In this document: one piece after another, positions 13,935 through 28,249 of the stretch | Numbering within the stretch: position 1 is the stretch's first letter | Layout: every line of letters starts with the position of its first letter | Assembly (NCBI GenBank): GCA_051362555.1 | Contig: CM120641.1 | Location: forward strand, 15,438,001-15,502,000 | Direction of reading: 5' to 3' | DNA length: 64,000 nucleotides | Origin: Lingula anatina | Lineage: Eukaryota; Animalia; Brachiopoda | Program-made: the position numbers and the translations under genes | Notes under the pieces: model-generated | The model's database searches: none | What the model was told of the DNA's origin: nothing | The model's input: the letters and a program-made list of their open reading frames with translations, nothing else

Positions 13935-16900
13935 AATGTGAAAATATGAATTTGATCATGAAATGGATTGTGTATTTAAATTCACAGAGAAGCCCACCAA
14001 GAATAGCTTTAGATTAGCATTTACTTAAGTATTTGTGTAAAGTAACATGTAGCATAAGTGTGACCTGTGTGTTAAGGAGAAAAAGTCATTGTTGTGCAAT
14101 ACAAGTCTAAACAATGTTATCTCTTTGTAGGGTGATTTCTATTAAAGTTAAAAAACCAAGAACATGTACGTGAGTTATAAAAACTGTTTTCTCAGTCAAA
14201 AAGTTCAACTTGTCTATTGACAGTGTTTCCATTTTCGTTTGTGTGTGCGTGTGTGTTTGAATGTGTACAGCTAAAATAACTTCACATATACCAAGTGTGT
14301 GAATGTGTGGATCTATTTCACTTAGATAGAAGTAAATAGGTAGTTTTCAAATCAGATAGCTCATAGATGTATTACAGTAATTTGGTAAGTTTACAGGCAC
14401 ATTCAAGTGATGTACTGTATAGACAAATCAATTGCCAGATTTAAGAAAGGGATGCATGTGACAGCACTTTATTTGTATTAGTCATGTTTCAATGTCTTGA
14501 TTATCAGATAAATACAACACGTACAATTGTAGTTAGGCCAAGTAATGGATCAACTTAACTGATAAAATGGAGCCAGTAGGACATCGTAACTTTTGTCATC
14601 TTGTGCTTCTTTTGTTGAAATTTAACCTTTATTATTCTTCTTATGTTCCATTGGTCAAATAAGTTTTGACTCAAAATACATTGTTGGCTACGTGCCAATA
14701 CTTTTGTTACATTATTATTTTTAATAATTTTTGTTATGCAGAATATGCTTATTTATTGGTTTTATATGCTTGGGTTGTGTTTGTAATGACATATTTGTCA
14801 GTTAAATATTTTAAATAAGAATCATGTTTTATGTACTTATTAGTATTGAAGCAGGGCCTGAGCTGGGTATCAGAAAACCTGCCAATTGACCCTAAACATT
14901 TTCCCCTTGGCCATATGTCAAACCATTTATTTAAGAAAATAGTTAGTTTCAAAAGATGTGACATTGTCTCTTTTATTTTAAGCCTTTATGAGAAACATAA
15001 GCTAACCATTGCTAGAATATTCTGTAGAATTCTGTCAGAATCCACTGGAGTCCAATGGAAATAATATTCCCTCTAGTGAATATAATAGGAAAATATAATC
15101 CATTGAAACTAACTATATTTAGATGGAAATAGTTTGTTTGAAGGATTTTGTTGTAAATATTGCATTGTTGTCTCTGTGGAAAATGGCTCTTGAATAGTAT
15201 AAATCAGTAGGAGAGCCCTGCAATTACTGATACATTTATATGGGATGGATCAGCAGAATTGCACTGGGATTCTGTGATAATGCATGCTTCACCAAAATAT
15301 GCTAAAGAGACTGTTTTATAATTATGTACCTGTTTAGTGTATGTTTTAGCCGTAAAAACTTGTTTCGTTTTATTGTCATTGCTGTGTCAAAATTGTTTCA
15401 GTATTAAGTTCACAGTCGTGCAGTATTATAAAGATTTTCGTTTTAAAATATTTCGCTATGACAAGGTACAGTAAACTCAGTAGCAATCATATCTCCATTT
15501 TCATAGTTGCTATTTCTGCATTTTCACTTAAGCATGTTTCCGAAAATTCATACTAAGTGAAAAAATTTTCACTCATTAGAATTTTTTTTTTCTTAATTAT
15601 TTACAAAGAACCAAGGTATTTTTTTTCAGGTATTGACTACTGTTATATGTTAAGTAAAAATTGCTTAAAAGTAATTTCAAACTGTCAGCAAAAGGAAACA
15701 GCCCAGGTAAAAAATACAATTCAAGTTATAAAGTTACCATAAAGTTATTTCCAAAGATCTTTTTTTATGCATGCAATTATGATTTTTTCAGGAAACAGCA
15801 CCTGTAGGTCACATAGAAGCCAGCTAGGATTTATCAGAATTACCCAACATGTCAGTCTTCTTAAGTAGATCTCAATATCCTCCCCTCTCTACTCTCTAAA
15901 AAATGATAATTGCTTATAGTTTAGTGTCATGTAACATAGAACACAGGAAGATACTAGCAATTCTGAAAATTATGGCATGTTATTACATTAATAGAGTATG
16001 CCCAGGAGGCAGTTGCGTTAAAAATAGGGAATAAGGTGTCCTAAAGCATTAAAAAAAATACGGTAACTTACACTCCTTGCAGAGATCTTAAATTTAGGCT
16101 GCAGCCCATTTTAAAAGGCAAATTGGAATAATTAGATAATAAGTCATTGAGGGGAAAATTATGTGAAGAACACCTTTCTTTCAAAAACTGTTTATGGCTT
16201 TCATTACTGAAGGGCTAAGTCTGGTCAATTTTATACTGCGTAGCACACATCAGTGTTTCATTGAGAAGGGTTTCTTTTTCATACTTTAACCTGTCAAAGG
16301 GAGATTTCTGCTTGTTCTTTTCGTGAATTGACTGAAATAACAGGAAAACGTATCAATGAAAAAAGAGTAGTGCTTCCTTTAACCTGTAGTTTGAATTGAA
16401 TGGGTTGTAATATATGAAAATATCATAATTTTTTTTCTTTAAATCAGGCAAATGCCTTGCACTGTTGTAAGGATCTTAATTTAGGCTACTTGAATTGTTT
16501 CTTGTAAATATTTGACAAGTTTTCTCAGTGCTAAGTGAATTTCACCAAGCTGATGGAATTAATCAAATCAAGGACCCCTTTTACTATTAATATTAACTCT
16601 CTTTCTGAAATGGGCTTGAAGCAAACACTCAAATTTCACTGTAAACCTAGAAAGACTCAGTTTTAGTACCTGTGAGATCAAGAATAATGCATCTTCCATT
16701 AGTTGTGCTATGTTCCAGTGGATGAGGCAATTCACAGTAGTTATGTATAATTCAGCACAAAATTTTTTGTACAAAGAGCAAACTTGGCTTCAAGTGGATT
16801 CCCAATTACAGTCAATTTGGCCAAAAATTTTCAACTTTCTTCATAAAATGCACAAATCAAAATTTTGACATGTCAGGGTTTGACATGACGCAAGAGGTAA

Positions 16901-17969
16901 ATGCAAAGTCTGGATCAGGTTATTATTCTGAAAAGAATGGAAACTTATTTTTGTTTTCAATCAAAGAGAACTTATTTTGGGGAAAAGTCATTGGAATTTA
17001 AAATGTATTCAATTTAAGAATAATCAAGTATCCAAAAAAGATCCATGTACAATACTATATATATAGCCCTGTGTATGACAATGTCCCATGTTTAAATGTC
17101 ATTGATGTCATGTTATATATGCTACTGTCTGTTTCACTTTCTGAATTCTAGCAAATAAATGACTCAAACTTGTTTTGTGTGTGCTTGCTTTTTTTTTAAT
17201 CCATCCCATATTACAGCCAGACCCTTGATATAATCCTTTCAACTCCGCATTTAATCCCAAGACGACAACAAATGAGAAATTAGCATTACATCAAGGTTCT
17301 ATACATTCATTACATCCAGCAGCTTCATATAGATGTGCAAGTACAACATTGTTATTATTTTTTACAATTCCCACTGGCTGTAATGCTGTCTTTACACATC
17401 AGTAATGGTCTTAATTTTTTTTTTTTCTTTTAAAAAGGTTACAAAATTTTTTAAAGGATATCATGGATAAGGCAATTCACACATATCTGTAATGCTTGGG
17501 TGTGTTCTGTTATCTATGCACAAACCCATCCTCAAGTAGTACACATTACACTGAACACAATCTTTCACTGGCTCATCTTTTTGACATGTGGCTCATGAAT
17601 AGCAAAGGAAACAGAACTGTGCATCATGCACTTGAGCTATGTGAGGAAATTTCTGCCCCTGAAAAACGGTGGGTATAATGGTGCATGCATGCATAACAAA
17701 AACATACCCCAGTACTTCATACAGACATGTATATCCTTTCTAACAGTATAAAATTTATACACACTGACAGTATCCTTAAGAAAAAATCATTTTATCTTAA
17801 GGGTATCGAACATTTAAAATGTTCAAGCCCAAAAAGGGCACAGTATACCCCATGCCTTACATATCATGTCATACATGTATGTCAGATAATCACATCCACA
17901 GTTTCACATACAAATTTTCAGACTACCGTCGTTTGTTTTAAATCTAGTTTTTTCAATGACATTAATTCA

Positions 17970-20900
17970 TTATGTCATTTGTTCATCATTAGCTTTAGCC
18001 AGCCATTCGGGTGCATGCTGGGCTATCTTTTCAATGATATTGTTCACCTGAAGACACAGACTCTGAATCTGCTTGTCCCACATTGGTAGTGTCTCCCGAT
18101 CTGGAAGTTGAAAAGTTAAATTCAACATATATTTAAGACTAGACAACAAACAGACCAATGTGTATAGACTGCATGCAAAGTATACCATTTGAGGGGAATA
18201 AGCAGGTGAAGCTGACAAATCCATTCCAAGTTTAAGGTTAAACCCTGTTTAAATAAAACAATACAATGTGAACAAGTTGGACAGATGTGGCTGGAGCCGT
18301 GAAGTAAAACTATCTGTTCATCTTAATGTTTAAGATAACCTGTCTAATATATGTTACCTTCAAAATGCAGTATGGAATCTATCTGGTCAATGTACCCATT
18401 CATCCTTCCTTCACTGATCATCTGAGAGGCAATTCTTTCAGCCTGAAACGAAGAAATGCAATATGAAGTATAAAGCCCATATAAAAATACACTTCAAAGA
18501 TATAAGAATGTGGTGAACATATGAAAAAAATCATGATTAATCACCAGTAAAAGCAGTCATGAAGTGAACATCTCTTATGATCCTCAAGTGCAAGATGCAC
18601 TGTATTGACAGGGCAGCTGAATATGCATTAACTCCAGAGCACCACCCAGCTACCATGTAGTGACATGGTAATGAAGGCAACTGAGTACATGTTTCATATG
18701 CCAAAGTGTCACAGACAATCTTAAAAGCTTCTTGCAACATAATATCAAGGAATTGTTTTGTCACATTAGATTCCATACCCATGATTGTATTATTTTTTGT
18801 AGAAACCCAATAAAACCATCATCAAGCATCCTTAAATGTGCGCATTTTCATTCAAAAATTTATCAAAAATAAATCTATTATAATATACATAAAGAATCTT
18901 TTTAAAAATTAAATTTTGTTACCTTTGTAGGAGGTATTTCCAGCAATGCTCCAAGTTCTTCAAATGATATGTTATTATATAGTTTACTTGCTGAGAGGAG
19001 ATTATGTTCAATGACTGCTCTGTCTAGAATGGTGGAACCTATAGAAAATAGCACAAACTTACAATACATACACTTACAGGCCCACGAGAGCCTATTTTTT
19101 CTTGGTGCTAGATGAACTAAAACCTGTGACCATGCCAAATCGTGTTGATGTGAGAAGTTAGCACCATTTCTAGCCTTAATTCAACAACAAGAACACTGTA
19201 CTGGCTTTGAGGAAAGAATATATATGTTTTTGTTTGTGAGCTCTACTTACCATCAGAAGTAATGGCCTTCTGGTGAGACTGGAGCAATGCAGCAAACTCT
19301 TGTAGGTTACTACTTCTGATTATCCGATCCAAATACCTGGAAATAGTGTTACCTTGGTGAGAAATACTGTGATATCAAAGAAGTCGGTGACTTCTCAATT
19401 TATGCATAAATAGGTTATGAAAGTATTTGTTCATACAATTCTAGTATGAAATTTTACCTTATCTTCAAATCCTAATGTGTTCACGGACAAACAATATCAC
19501 AAGGACATAGCAAAATCCTTGCATGTATTCATAAATTGAATCATTTCTTACATTTTTTCTAGTATCCCAAATATTGGCAACTGCTGGCACCTTTCATCCT
19601 TAAACAATGTGGCTAGCATTCTTGACCTCTGTTGTCCTGAAGAAAAGACCCATCAGCAAACATCTCAGTGAAAAACTCCCAAGACCAACACAAGTGCACA
19701 AAAACCAGTGAGTGTAATAAATTAGAAAGAACCCTAATATTACACGCTATATATTAAGATCTACATCAGGAAGAGAGGGTTTTACTTGTTAAAAAGCAAA
19801 ATGAGATTTGTAGGATATCTTCATAAAACTCTGCTAGTTTTATATCCTATGTGTCTACATAAAAATGATTGCAAGTTGCGGGGACGTATTAAATTTATTT
19901 ATTCTTTAATTTTACAACCTCGTCCATATGTAAAAATAGTAGAGCAATATACATCTTGGTACCAACATTCGACTCCATTTTCCAACAATAAATTAAAAAA
20001 AAAAAGAAAAAAAAAAGTCCATACCTGCTGATGCCAATATCGTGCAAATCAGAGCATTTTTCAAAGCCTCCAACCGTTCTTTTTCTGCAATAATACTCCT
20101 ATAAGAAAGCTCATTATATCTCTGTGCTGCTTCAATGAACTTCCTTCTGTAATCAAGTACTCTAGCATAGCAGGCCTGCAAGAAAGAATTACTCAACAAT
20201 TTGAATAAGAGGTTCCAGTGGCTTGCTTTACAAAACAACTTGAAGCTTTGCTATGGTTGTTATTTTGCTTAGCACAGACATATTTTCCACTCGAGTTCTT
20301 CAGAGAAACAGGACCTAGAACATTTCTAGTGGACCCCAAATATATTCCACTTGAAGTGACTTATGATCACAAATTACCTATCCTACTCCTTTTTCAAAGC
20401 CAAGTTCATCCATCTTCCTTAAAATAAAAACACAAATTAACCTTATAGTAGACCTGTAACTCCTCATTCTGAGTATCAGCTTGCAGTAAAGATGCCCTGT
20501 TAATATAAGCCTCTGCATTCACTGGATCATCATCCTCTAGGTAGAGCTGCGCAATCTTCAGGTAGGTTTGTAATTTATAGTCTGTTGTGTACTGCCTAAA
20601 GCATTAAAACAAAAAAAGCTGACAGAACTTGGCAAAGAAACAAATTTCAATTTGGCTGAAACATCTGCATGGGAATTTTTCTTTTTAATATAATAACTTA
20701 ATTTTAACTTGTTAAATATCAGTGTAAAATGCAAGTCTCCTTAAGCAGCACTAATACTAGCTGAAAGTGACCAACAAGTCAAATAACACCCAAGGCTTTA
20801 TAACAAGTTACTAATAAAATAACCCTTCAAAGAACAAGAAGCATCAAAAGAAGAATATCAAAAATATTGTATTCAGTTGTCTTCAAAAAACTTTCACTTT

Positions 20901-23900
20901 TTAAAACATTAAAAGGACACAAAAGAGGATTTTCGCGCCAAAATTGATTTATCCCGATTTATCCTGAGGTTAACAGTACTTTTCCGCGATTTACCAACCT
21001 TTAATTTATCATTCCCGGCACTCGCCATCGCTCTGTAACATTTTTGGAAAATACAATAAAAAGAAAACCTCCGCTTAAGCGGAGGTTTACCAACAACCAC
21101 CTCCATTTTCATTATTGAGCTCTCTAGACTTCCGGATATCGCGAGATTCTCGTATTGCGACCTAGTTAAAACTAGTTCAAGCTGCCGGGAAAGCACATGG
21201 AACAGGAGGCTGAATTAGTTGAGACTCCTTCGAAGAAGGGAAGAAAGATAACAAAAAGAAAAAGAAAACACTCTTTACAAAAGTCAACACCAGAAAAATA
21301 AAATGCGCGTAAAACAGTGTATCAGCAAATGTACGACAGGCAAACAATAAACACCGGCGAGGAAGAAGGCAGATGAAAATTAACCTGCTTGCATGGATAC
21401 GAAGGATCGCCTGGCCGCGAAGTATTTACTGGATTGGTGAGTACCATTTACAATTATGTTTGAGATAAGACACCAGTAAAAATATTTATTAAGCACAGAT
21501 ATTAATGTTTATTTACGTGTGTTCGTTGTATTTCTTAACGATTGTCAGGCTCGTCTGTCAAAATATGCCATGAAATTGTAACTAATCGATATGAGTGGTA
21601 TCGATAACAGGAATTACAAGTGTTGCTCATATGTCGACTCTGACAGGGTTTGGGTAAGTTTATACAGCAAAGAAAGTTTGGAAATGGACATGGTGGGAGA
21701 TACTGGTTTCATTACATGTACATTACCATGGCCGGGGCGAATTGTTGACTTACCGAGGGCACATTTCTTGTGCCTCTTACATCTGGGCATACAAAACACA
21801 GTAATTAAGACGTATGACCAAGATGCTATTTCTTTAGGCATCTTAATCCCAAAATGAATGTGCAGAAGCTGTTATTGTATATAAGTTTAACTCAGTTTTA
21901 AATGGCATGTCAACTATAATTGAAAATATCTTTGAATAGTATTTTGATTTTATATTCTAAAGGCAATTAAGTTTCCTTTTTACATTAAAAATAAATAAAT
22001 AAATCAGAAAGGGGATATTGCATGTTTATGTTTAGTACATCTGTAAATGGATAAATAGTCCAGAGTAATAATTTAGATCATACAATTTTAACTTTAGAGT
22101 CCAACCAGTATTTCGGAGATTAAACCAATATGAAGTGATCAAGAAACTTCAAAATTAAGTTGTAGTTAATACTAGTGCAGTTGAAGATGACAGTCTAGAT
22201 AATTTAAGGTGATCATATTGAGAAAAATGGAATTTATACTTATTTCAGTTGAATTTTATACTTATTTCAGTTATGTTTTTACATGATTTTTCTCAAACTT
22301 GATTATCTTTCTTTTATGTACTGTTGCTTTTTTTTGGTTGCAGTATCAAGGTAACTTTTTCCTATGGGATGCCTGAACTGGAAGAAGTGCAGATGGAATA
22401 AGAGGAAGATGCTGAAGAAGAGGGAATTAAAGGATCCTGATGATCCAACATGGGACTAAAACATGTCTTTAGAGTAAGCAGAATTTTAATAAGCTGATAT
22501 TCACTCATCATATATTAGGCATTATAGGTGCATGATTTCTCTTTTATCAATTTTTTTTCCAAATTGGCAACACATAATGTAAACATAATGCAAGACTCTA
22601 TTTCTTCCCTCAACTGAAACGAGCTAAGCTTTACCAAAGTATTGTGCACTCAATTCTAGAATATGCCTGCCCTGTGTGGCATCCAGGACTAACTATAGAG
22701 CAATGCAAACTCTTAGAGACTGACCAAACTCGTGCTTTGAAGATTATTTTCCCTGACCTACACTATGATGAAACCCTGAACTTGGCAAATATGTGTACTT
22801 TATATAAATGAAGAGATCTGTTCAAAACTTTCTTTTACAAAATAACTGAATTCTCTGACAAACTGAATCACATCTTTATTGAGCAATCCAATCGTCTTTT
22901 AAGATCAAACAATAGTAACAAAGTGCCACAATTTAAGACCGACAGATTCCGATGCTCTTTTATTCCATATGCACTTTTAAATTTCCAATAGTATTATGTT
23001 GTCTTTTATCCTAAGTACAATAATTTTAAAGTTCAATTAGCAGTCTTTTAACTCAGTTTTATTCAAGCAAATATTCACTTTATTTTCATTATAATTTTCT
23101 TAACACTATGTACAACTTCAACCCACTGGGTTGCAATCTTAATAAATTATTATTATGATTATTATTATTATTTTGATTTGCTTTTTTAGACCTTAAGGTT
23201 ATGAACAACTGCCAGTATGATGTCCTGAAGAAGAGTTTTTACATGGAAGAGGAACTCCATGGCTCTCCACCAAAAAAAGAGGAACTTTTCTTGAGGGTCC
23301 AAAGCGGGGACGAGTTGGATAGCGAGAGACTTTTCCTGACTTTCGAGTGCTGCTTACAGGATATATTCAGTGAACTCATCTTGCCAATGTGACAAAGCAT
23401 AATCTGCTGACTTCAAACCATCTAGCACTGACATGTATGCTATAATGCAGACAGATTGGAAATCAAGGTGGTCTTTCCTCCCAAAACTAAGTCATATGCC
23501 TGATATTGAGAATAAACCATTTTGGTCCAGCATTTACTTCTTAAATCTAGATGACATCAACTGTATTATGGAATATGGTACTGGTGGCATATTGTGACTT
23601 CAACTTGATTTTAAACCAGTGTGTTGTCAGATTTTGTAAGATCACCAGTTGCAGTTTTGTGACTTTGTTCCAGCATAAAATTCTGTATTTGGCAAGTGAC
23701 TGTATGTCATTTCTTTTAAGACCTACAAAAATGGTTTGAGTGAACACTTGTGCCTGTATTCAATTCTCCACAAAGCCATTATTTAGAATTCATGCAGGGA
23801 AGCCATGCCTGTATTTTTTAAAGAAATATTTATACCTTTCTATTTATTCCCTGCACATCTTGGAAAAGTATGTGTGGATATCTTCTGATGAAACAATTTA

Positions 23901-26900
23901 TGTTTGTGTAAGTGGGGTTAGTCCTTTCTCATGACACATCCCTTTGCATGGAGATTTTTGTGTCAGCTCACATGAGTCAATACACTGACAGAGAGGGGAT
24001 AATTTGTTGATCTGCAATCCTCATGGGTCTGCATGTACATCAGACTCTTAACATGATAGCCCGGCTGTTAATAAGTCTCTCTCAAAAATGTTACCATACT
24101 ATAGTGTACTGCACAATGTGAAAGTTTGTGAATGCTTGAATGGAAGGCTTATTTATGAAGAAAGCATTAATAAGTACGAAAATAATTATGCATTCTAGCT
24201 TACAAAATCTGTGTATGTCTTATTCATTACATGTGACGGGTAATAATAAAGATGATTTGGCCAAATTCCAAACTTATGTAGCAAACTTTATTCTTGTATT
24301 TTTGCCAAATATTTGAAATATAAATAAAAGATGTTTCAATATTTAAACTTTTATTTCATTCATAATCTCTACCCAGTTAATGTTACATTGATACTGCAGC
24401 TTATGCTTTGTACATAACAATATGTTAATAATAATAACAGTTGGATAGTACATGTTGTTAATTTACTAAAGGCCTAGTTCTTAGAAAAACATGTTCGACA
24501 TTAAAATATATTCTAAAAAAGTTTTCAAGAATTGCATGAGAATTGAATCTTTAGATGTATTTGGCAAAATTCTTTAATTATTGAAGAGTTGACAATGCCC
24601 AGAAAATAAAAGTCCTTGAGGCTCTCTGTGATCTCAGTCTTGGCACTTAAAATACGTGGGCATTATTATATAAAACTGTTCACTCAGTTTTGGTAAAAGG
24701 TGGTGGATTATATGGTCATTAGTGCACATTTTTTGTAGCAGTCTTTTGCACAACTTGTCACGCCGACATTGAAGTGAAGCAGTATTGTAAGATTGGAGTG
24801 CTTCCTGGTGTGAGTTTTCCAGATATAACTTGAGGCACTGTAATAGTAAAATTACATTAAATGGTTATAAAGAAAAAATGTATTGATATTATCATAACAG
24901 CACTATTCTTTAACAAAAATTAACAAATTAGAGGGCATGATCACTACATGATAACCAGCTTTTGATAAAGAAGATGTCTGATTATGGCACAAAATAATTA
25001 AATTTAAATAGCTATAGCTGCATTAGATCATAAAGGCCACAAGAAGAAATAACATAATCACACATGGTTTTAAAGAACTGATGTAAAAAAAAATCACACT
25101 AATATTCCCCATTTGCAATTAGAATTTTGACAAGCTAATCGATAGTACTAAACCATACCAAATGGCACTGTTCGCCCTCTAAAATAGCAAAAATTTTAAG
25201 CGGACCCAGAACCCCACGGCAACTAGAGGGTCGGCTTTGCATCCGCGGACCCCCCCTCCCCCCCCCCCCCCCCCCCACTTCAAATAATCCTGGATCCGCC
25301 CCTGTTACCTGGTGTATTGCTAAAATTATTAACATACCTGTTCTCTCCTTCGTGCTTGAAGGGGTGTATCAACCAGTTCCTCCTCTGAAAGGCTAAAAAA
25401 TTCATTCCTTGTAATCATATTCATTCCTTATAATCATATTCATATATTTATTTATTTATTGTATTATTCTATTATTTTACTCTTTAAATTGCTCCAAAAT
25501 TAAAATGATTTCCGATTTTTATAATTGGCTAAATAAACTCTTATCTTATCTTATCTGACAATATTAATACATTTACAAATGAGTTACGTGTTGTACAAAG
25601 AACACCCTCTATCCCAACTAGTATGTAGTACTCGAGTTACATTGTATATCTCATGGGATTCCCCTGCGGGAATATGGTGTGAGGTTCGTCTGCAAGTACT
25701 GGTAGATGACCACATTGAGCAGAAAACGGTATTCTTCCTGGTTTACAGAACTATATATACCTCAGGGTCAAAGTGCACTACCACGCTTCATGTAACTACG
25801 TAGTACGCAGTGGGAGTGGTTTGGGGACTTCGAGTGCGTTATCCGAGGAAATGTAGCAGTTATTTACGCTTTTAAACTTCCACTGCTAGATATTTTTATT
25901 TCCTGCCACCTTCCCATTTTAAAGCACATCTAGAGTGACTATAACCCGCTTACCTGCAAAGATTCTGTGAACAATTCCTCTTCTTCTCGCCCACGCTCAC
26001 CTTCGCAGTCGAGTGAGACATGCTGTCTGCATTGTTTACATCTCGTATCTGAGTCGAGATGCCGCGTTATTTCAAACTGTGTCAAGATGGCTGACGCCCG
26101 GGGTTCGAAAGTGGACGGTGAATATGATTCTTTTTTTCGATATTGATTAAGGCCATTTACCTGCCATTTTATGCTTTACCCATAGCAATTGTTCTCAGAT
26201 AAGTTAAATAAGAAGCAATCCATGCACTAAAAAGGCGTTTTTAATCCTATTTTTTGTCCCTTTAATCAATAAAAAAAAACTTTTGGGGATAGTCTGTCAA
26301 TAATAAACAAGACCCCCTGTTCTCCAAATATGAAAAAGCACCCACTTCTGTCCAGTTTCCATTGGGATTCCCACCAACACACTGGCTGCTTCTCGCCATC
26401 GCTGCTCTCTCTCATATATCCCTGCTAAATGTTGCCTCAAGGCTGCAACCTAGAAAATCAAATCAAATATTTCAAAGCTGGTATTGTGTTGAGGACTAAG
26501 ACTGTTATGTCAAAATGACCACAAAATTCAGATTGTGTGTTCAAGATGTATTTTCTGAAAAAGAACAATTACTTCACAATCTGTGCAGCTTAAGAGAGAT
26601 GACACTGCCTGAAGAAAGGATTAAAAAACAGGAAAAACCCCTTTTTCACATGATGGGAAGATATAAGCCTTTTTCAATATCCCTTTAAGTAAGTTCTAGA
26701 TTGCTATACATATCAATTACCATTTAAATTTGAATCATGGTTAAATTTGAGAAACCTACACAGTTTACATTTTTAAAAAGCATGAGTAAAAATGTACCTG
26801 CTCTTCAAATGAAATCACCCTTGGCTGAATCTTCTCAAGAAAGAAATGACACACATCTTTGGCAACTTCCTCATCCAGCTGTGTTAGATGATTGCAAAAC

Positions 26901-28249
26901 TCTGTGAGGATTTGGCGCGAAATCACAAGACTTACATTTTCATTGAGCACTAGGAAGGAACAAATAAATACATAAATGTTAAACCAGACAATAAATCAAT
27001 GACTTCACCAATGATGGTAAAGGTTGAACATTCTCCAACTTATTCTTTTTATGCTACTGACCTTATACAGTGTAGAAGCTAGGGACTGAATGCTGCATTA
27101 ATATGGCATACATTTCATTTCATTTCAATTCCAGATTGCAACAAGTACATAAATAAAGAAACAGAAATTAAGCCTCTCATGGAATGTGTTTTATCATTAA
27201 AGGCAGGAAACACTTAGACTACTAGACTCTGTAAAAACACTTACTAGACTCTGTGAACAGTTTTAAATTCTCCACCAGACTTGATCCTTGGCATTTGCAT
27301 ATGTTCAGAAATATTGCTCTGTACCTAAAAAGTTAATGGGGTCGTTAATGGCTTCAAAATATATACAAATATAAAATCTAAACCTATTCCATTTCTTACA
27401 TTTTAAATAAAACTTCATGTGAGCATCACAGTTTCACTTTTATCTCAACTGAATATTGAACAATGGCTGGAAGAGAGCCTTCACAGTCTACATGGTCAAC
27501 TCATTAAGTCTCTGCATTGATACTCCCCAGCACCTACTGTATGTCACTTCCCTGAGCAATGAATTTTGATTGACAATTCAAAAAAAATTCTCTCTCTCAG
27601 GTCCACATATTTAAGGTAAGGTTTTTGGATGAATAATATTGTTTTACATGTCGCATTTTCATCAATGGGGAGAAACAATGCAAGTTCATGTATAGTAAAG
27701 GTGCAGCTAGGGGGAGGGGGGAGAGTACCGATGCTGGGGAATAATGGTGCAAGGATACAAAGAGATGAATTTCATCGACTTCGGATATTTTGCCAGCAGT
27801 AAGCAAGAGCATGGGGACTTAAAACTGAAGTTCAAATGAATCAAGCGTTCCAATAATCTGAATATTCATAGTTCCAATGATTCATTGCATTGTGGCTTTA
27901 GCCATTGGTTCGTAGGTTGATTTTGCCAAACACTTCTTAGTCTGTTCAGATCAAGGTTCATTGCTGTGAAGTTCAATGGTGCCTACCTGCAATGCCCAGA
28001 GAACAGAAAGCCTCTACATGTATAATTAATTATATTTATCAGACAGTCAAGAAGCAGCCGTGGGTCTACAAAGATTAACCACGTCGCCACAGCTCCTTCT
28101 TCTTGTGTGCTGTTGACAAGGCTGATCACTATGTTCACGCTTACTAATGGCAGCATTTCAAAACTATTTCATTCTTACTTTTCTGTTAAATCTTTGTGAG
28201 AGCCACCACCAGAGCTCAAAGCGGCGAGTTCCTTTTTCACGTCAGCCAT
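17970..28249 (-). CDS. COPS4: COP9 signalosome complex subunit 4 (PCI domain), 11 exons, 404 aa
   Basis: Minus-strand exons 28249-28179, 27324-27245, 26949-26798, 26449-26346, 20595-20442, 20175-20025, 19636-19552, 19336-19251, 19038-18923, 18442-18358, 18100-17970; all GT-AG with matching phases, 1215 nt. Translation includes [125 protein letters not shown], which match CSN4. Confidence 0.97.
20909..26265 (+). mobile_element. Decayed Kolobok-like DNA transposon (about 5.35 kb) in COPS4 intron 4
   Basis: TTAA at both ends (20909-20912, 26262-26265). The terminal inverted repeats aaggacacaaaagaggatt / agggacaaaaaataggatt match at 16 of 19 positions. Broken plus-strand fragments ([12 protein letters not shown] near 21400-21436, acidic stretch ending DPTW near 22450, [15 protein letters not shown] near 23325, [23 protein letters not shown] near 23620) resemble Kolobok-type transposases as I recall them. 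A second broken, spliced ORF points inward from the right end (about 26030-25590, minus). Confidence 0.6.
25105..25284 (-). mobile_element. Partial copy of a CAG-ended GC-rich MITE family, nested in the Kolobok-like element
   Basis: Shares aaaccataccaaatggcac..ttcgccctctaaaata and the terminus atcctggatccgcccctg with the copies at 58295-58563 and 34840-35050. Left boundary approximate. Confidence 0.6.

Noticed and set aside
18560-18720. GC-richer patch in a COPS4 intron resembling a SINE central domain
   Set aside because: No tRNA-like head, A/B boxes or TSD could be identified.
28039-28130. Possible C/D snoRNA in COPS4 intron 1 (GTGATCA ... CTGA on the minus strand)
   Set aside because: The C box mismatches at a critical position and there is no terminal stem or recognisable guide.
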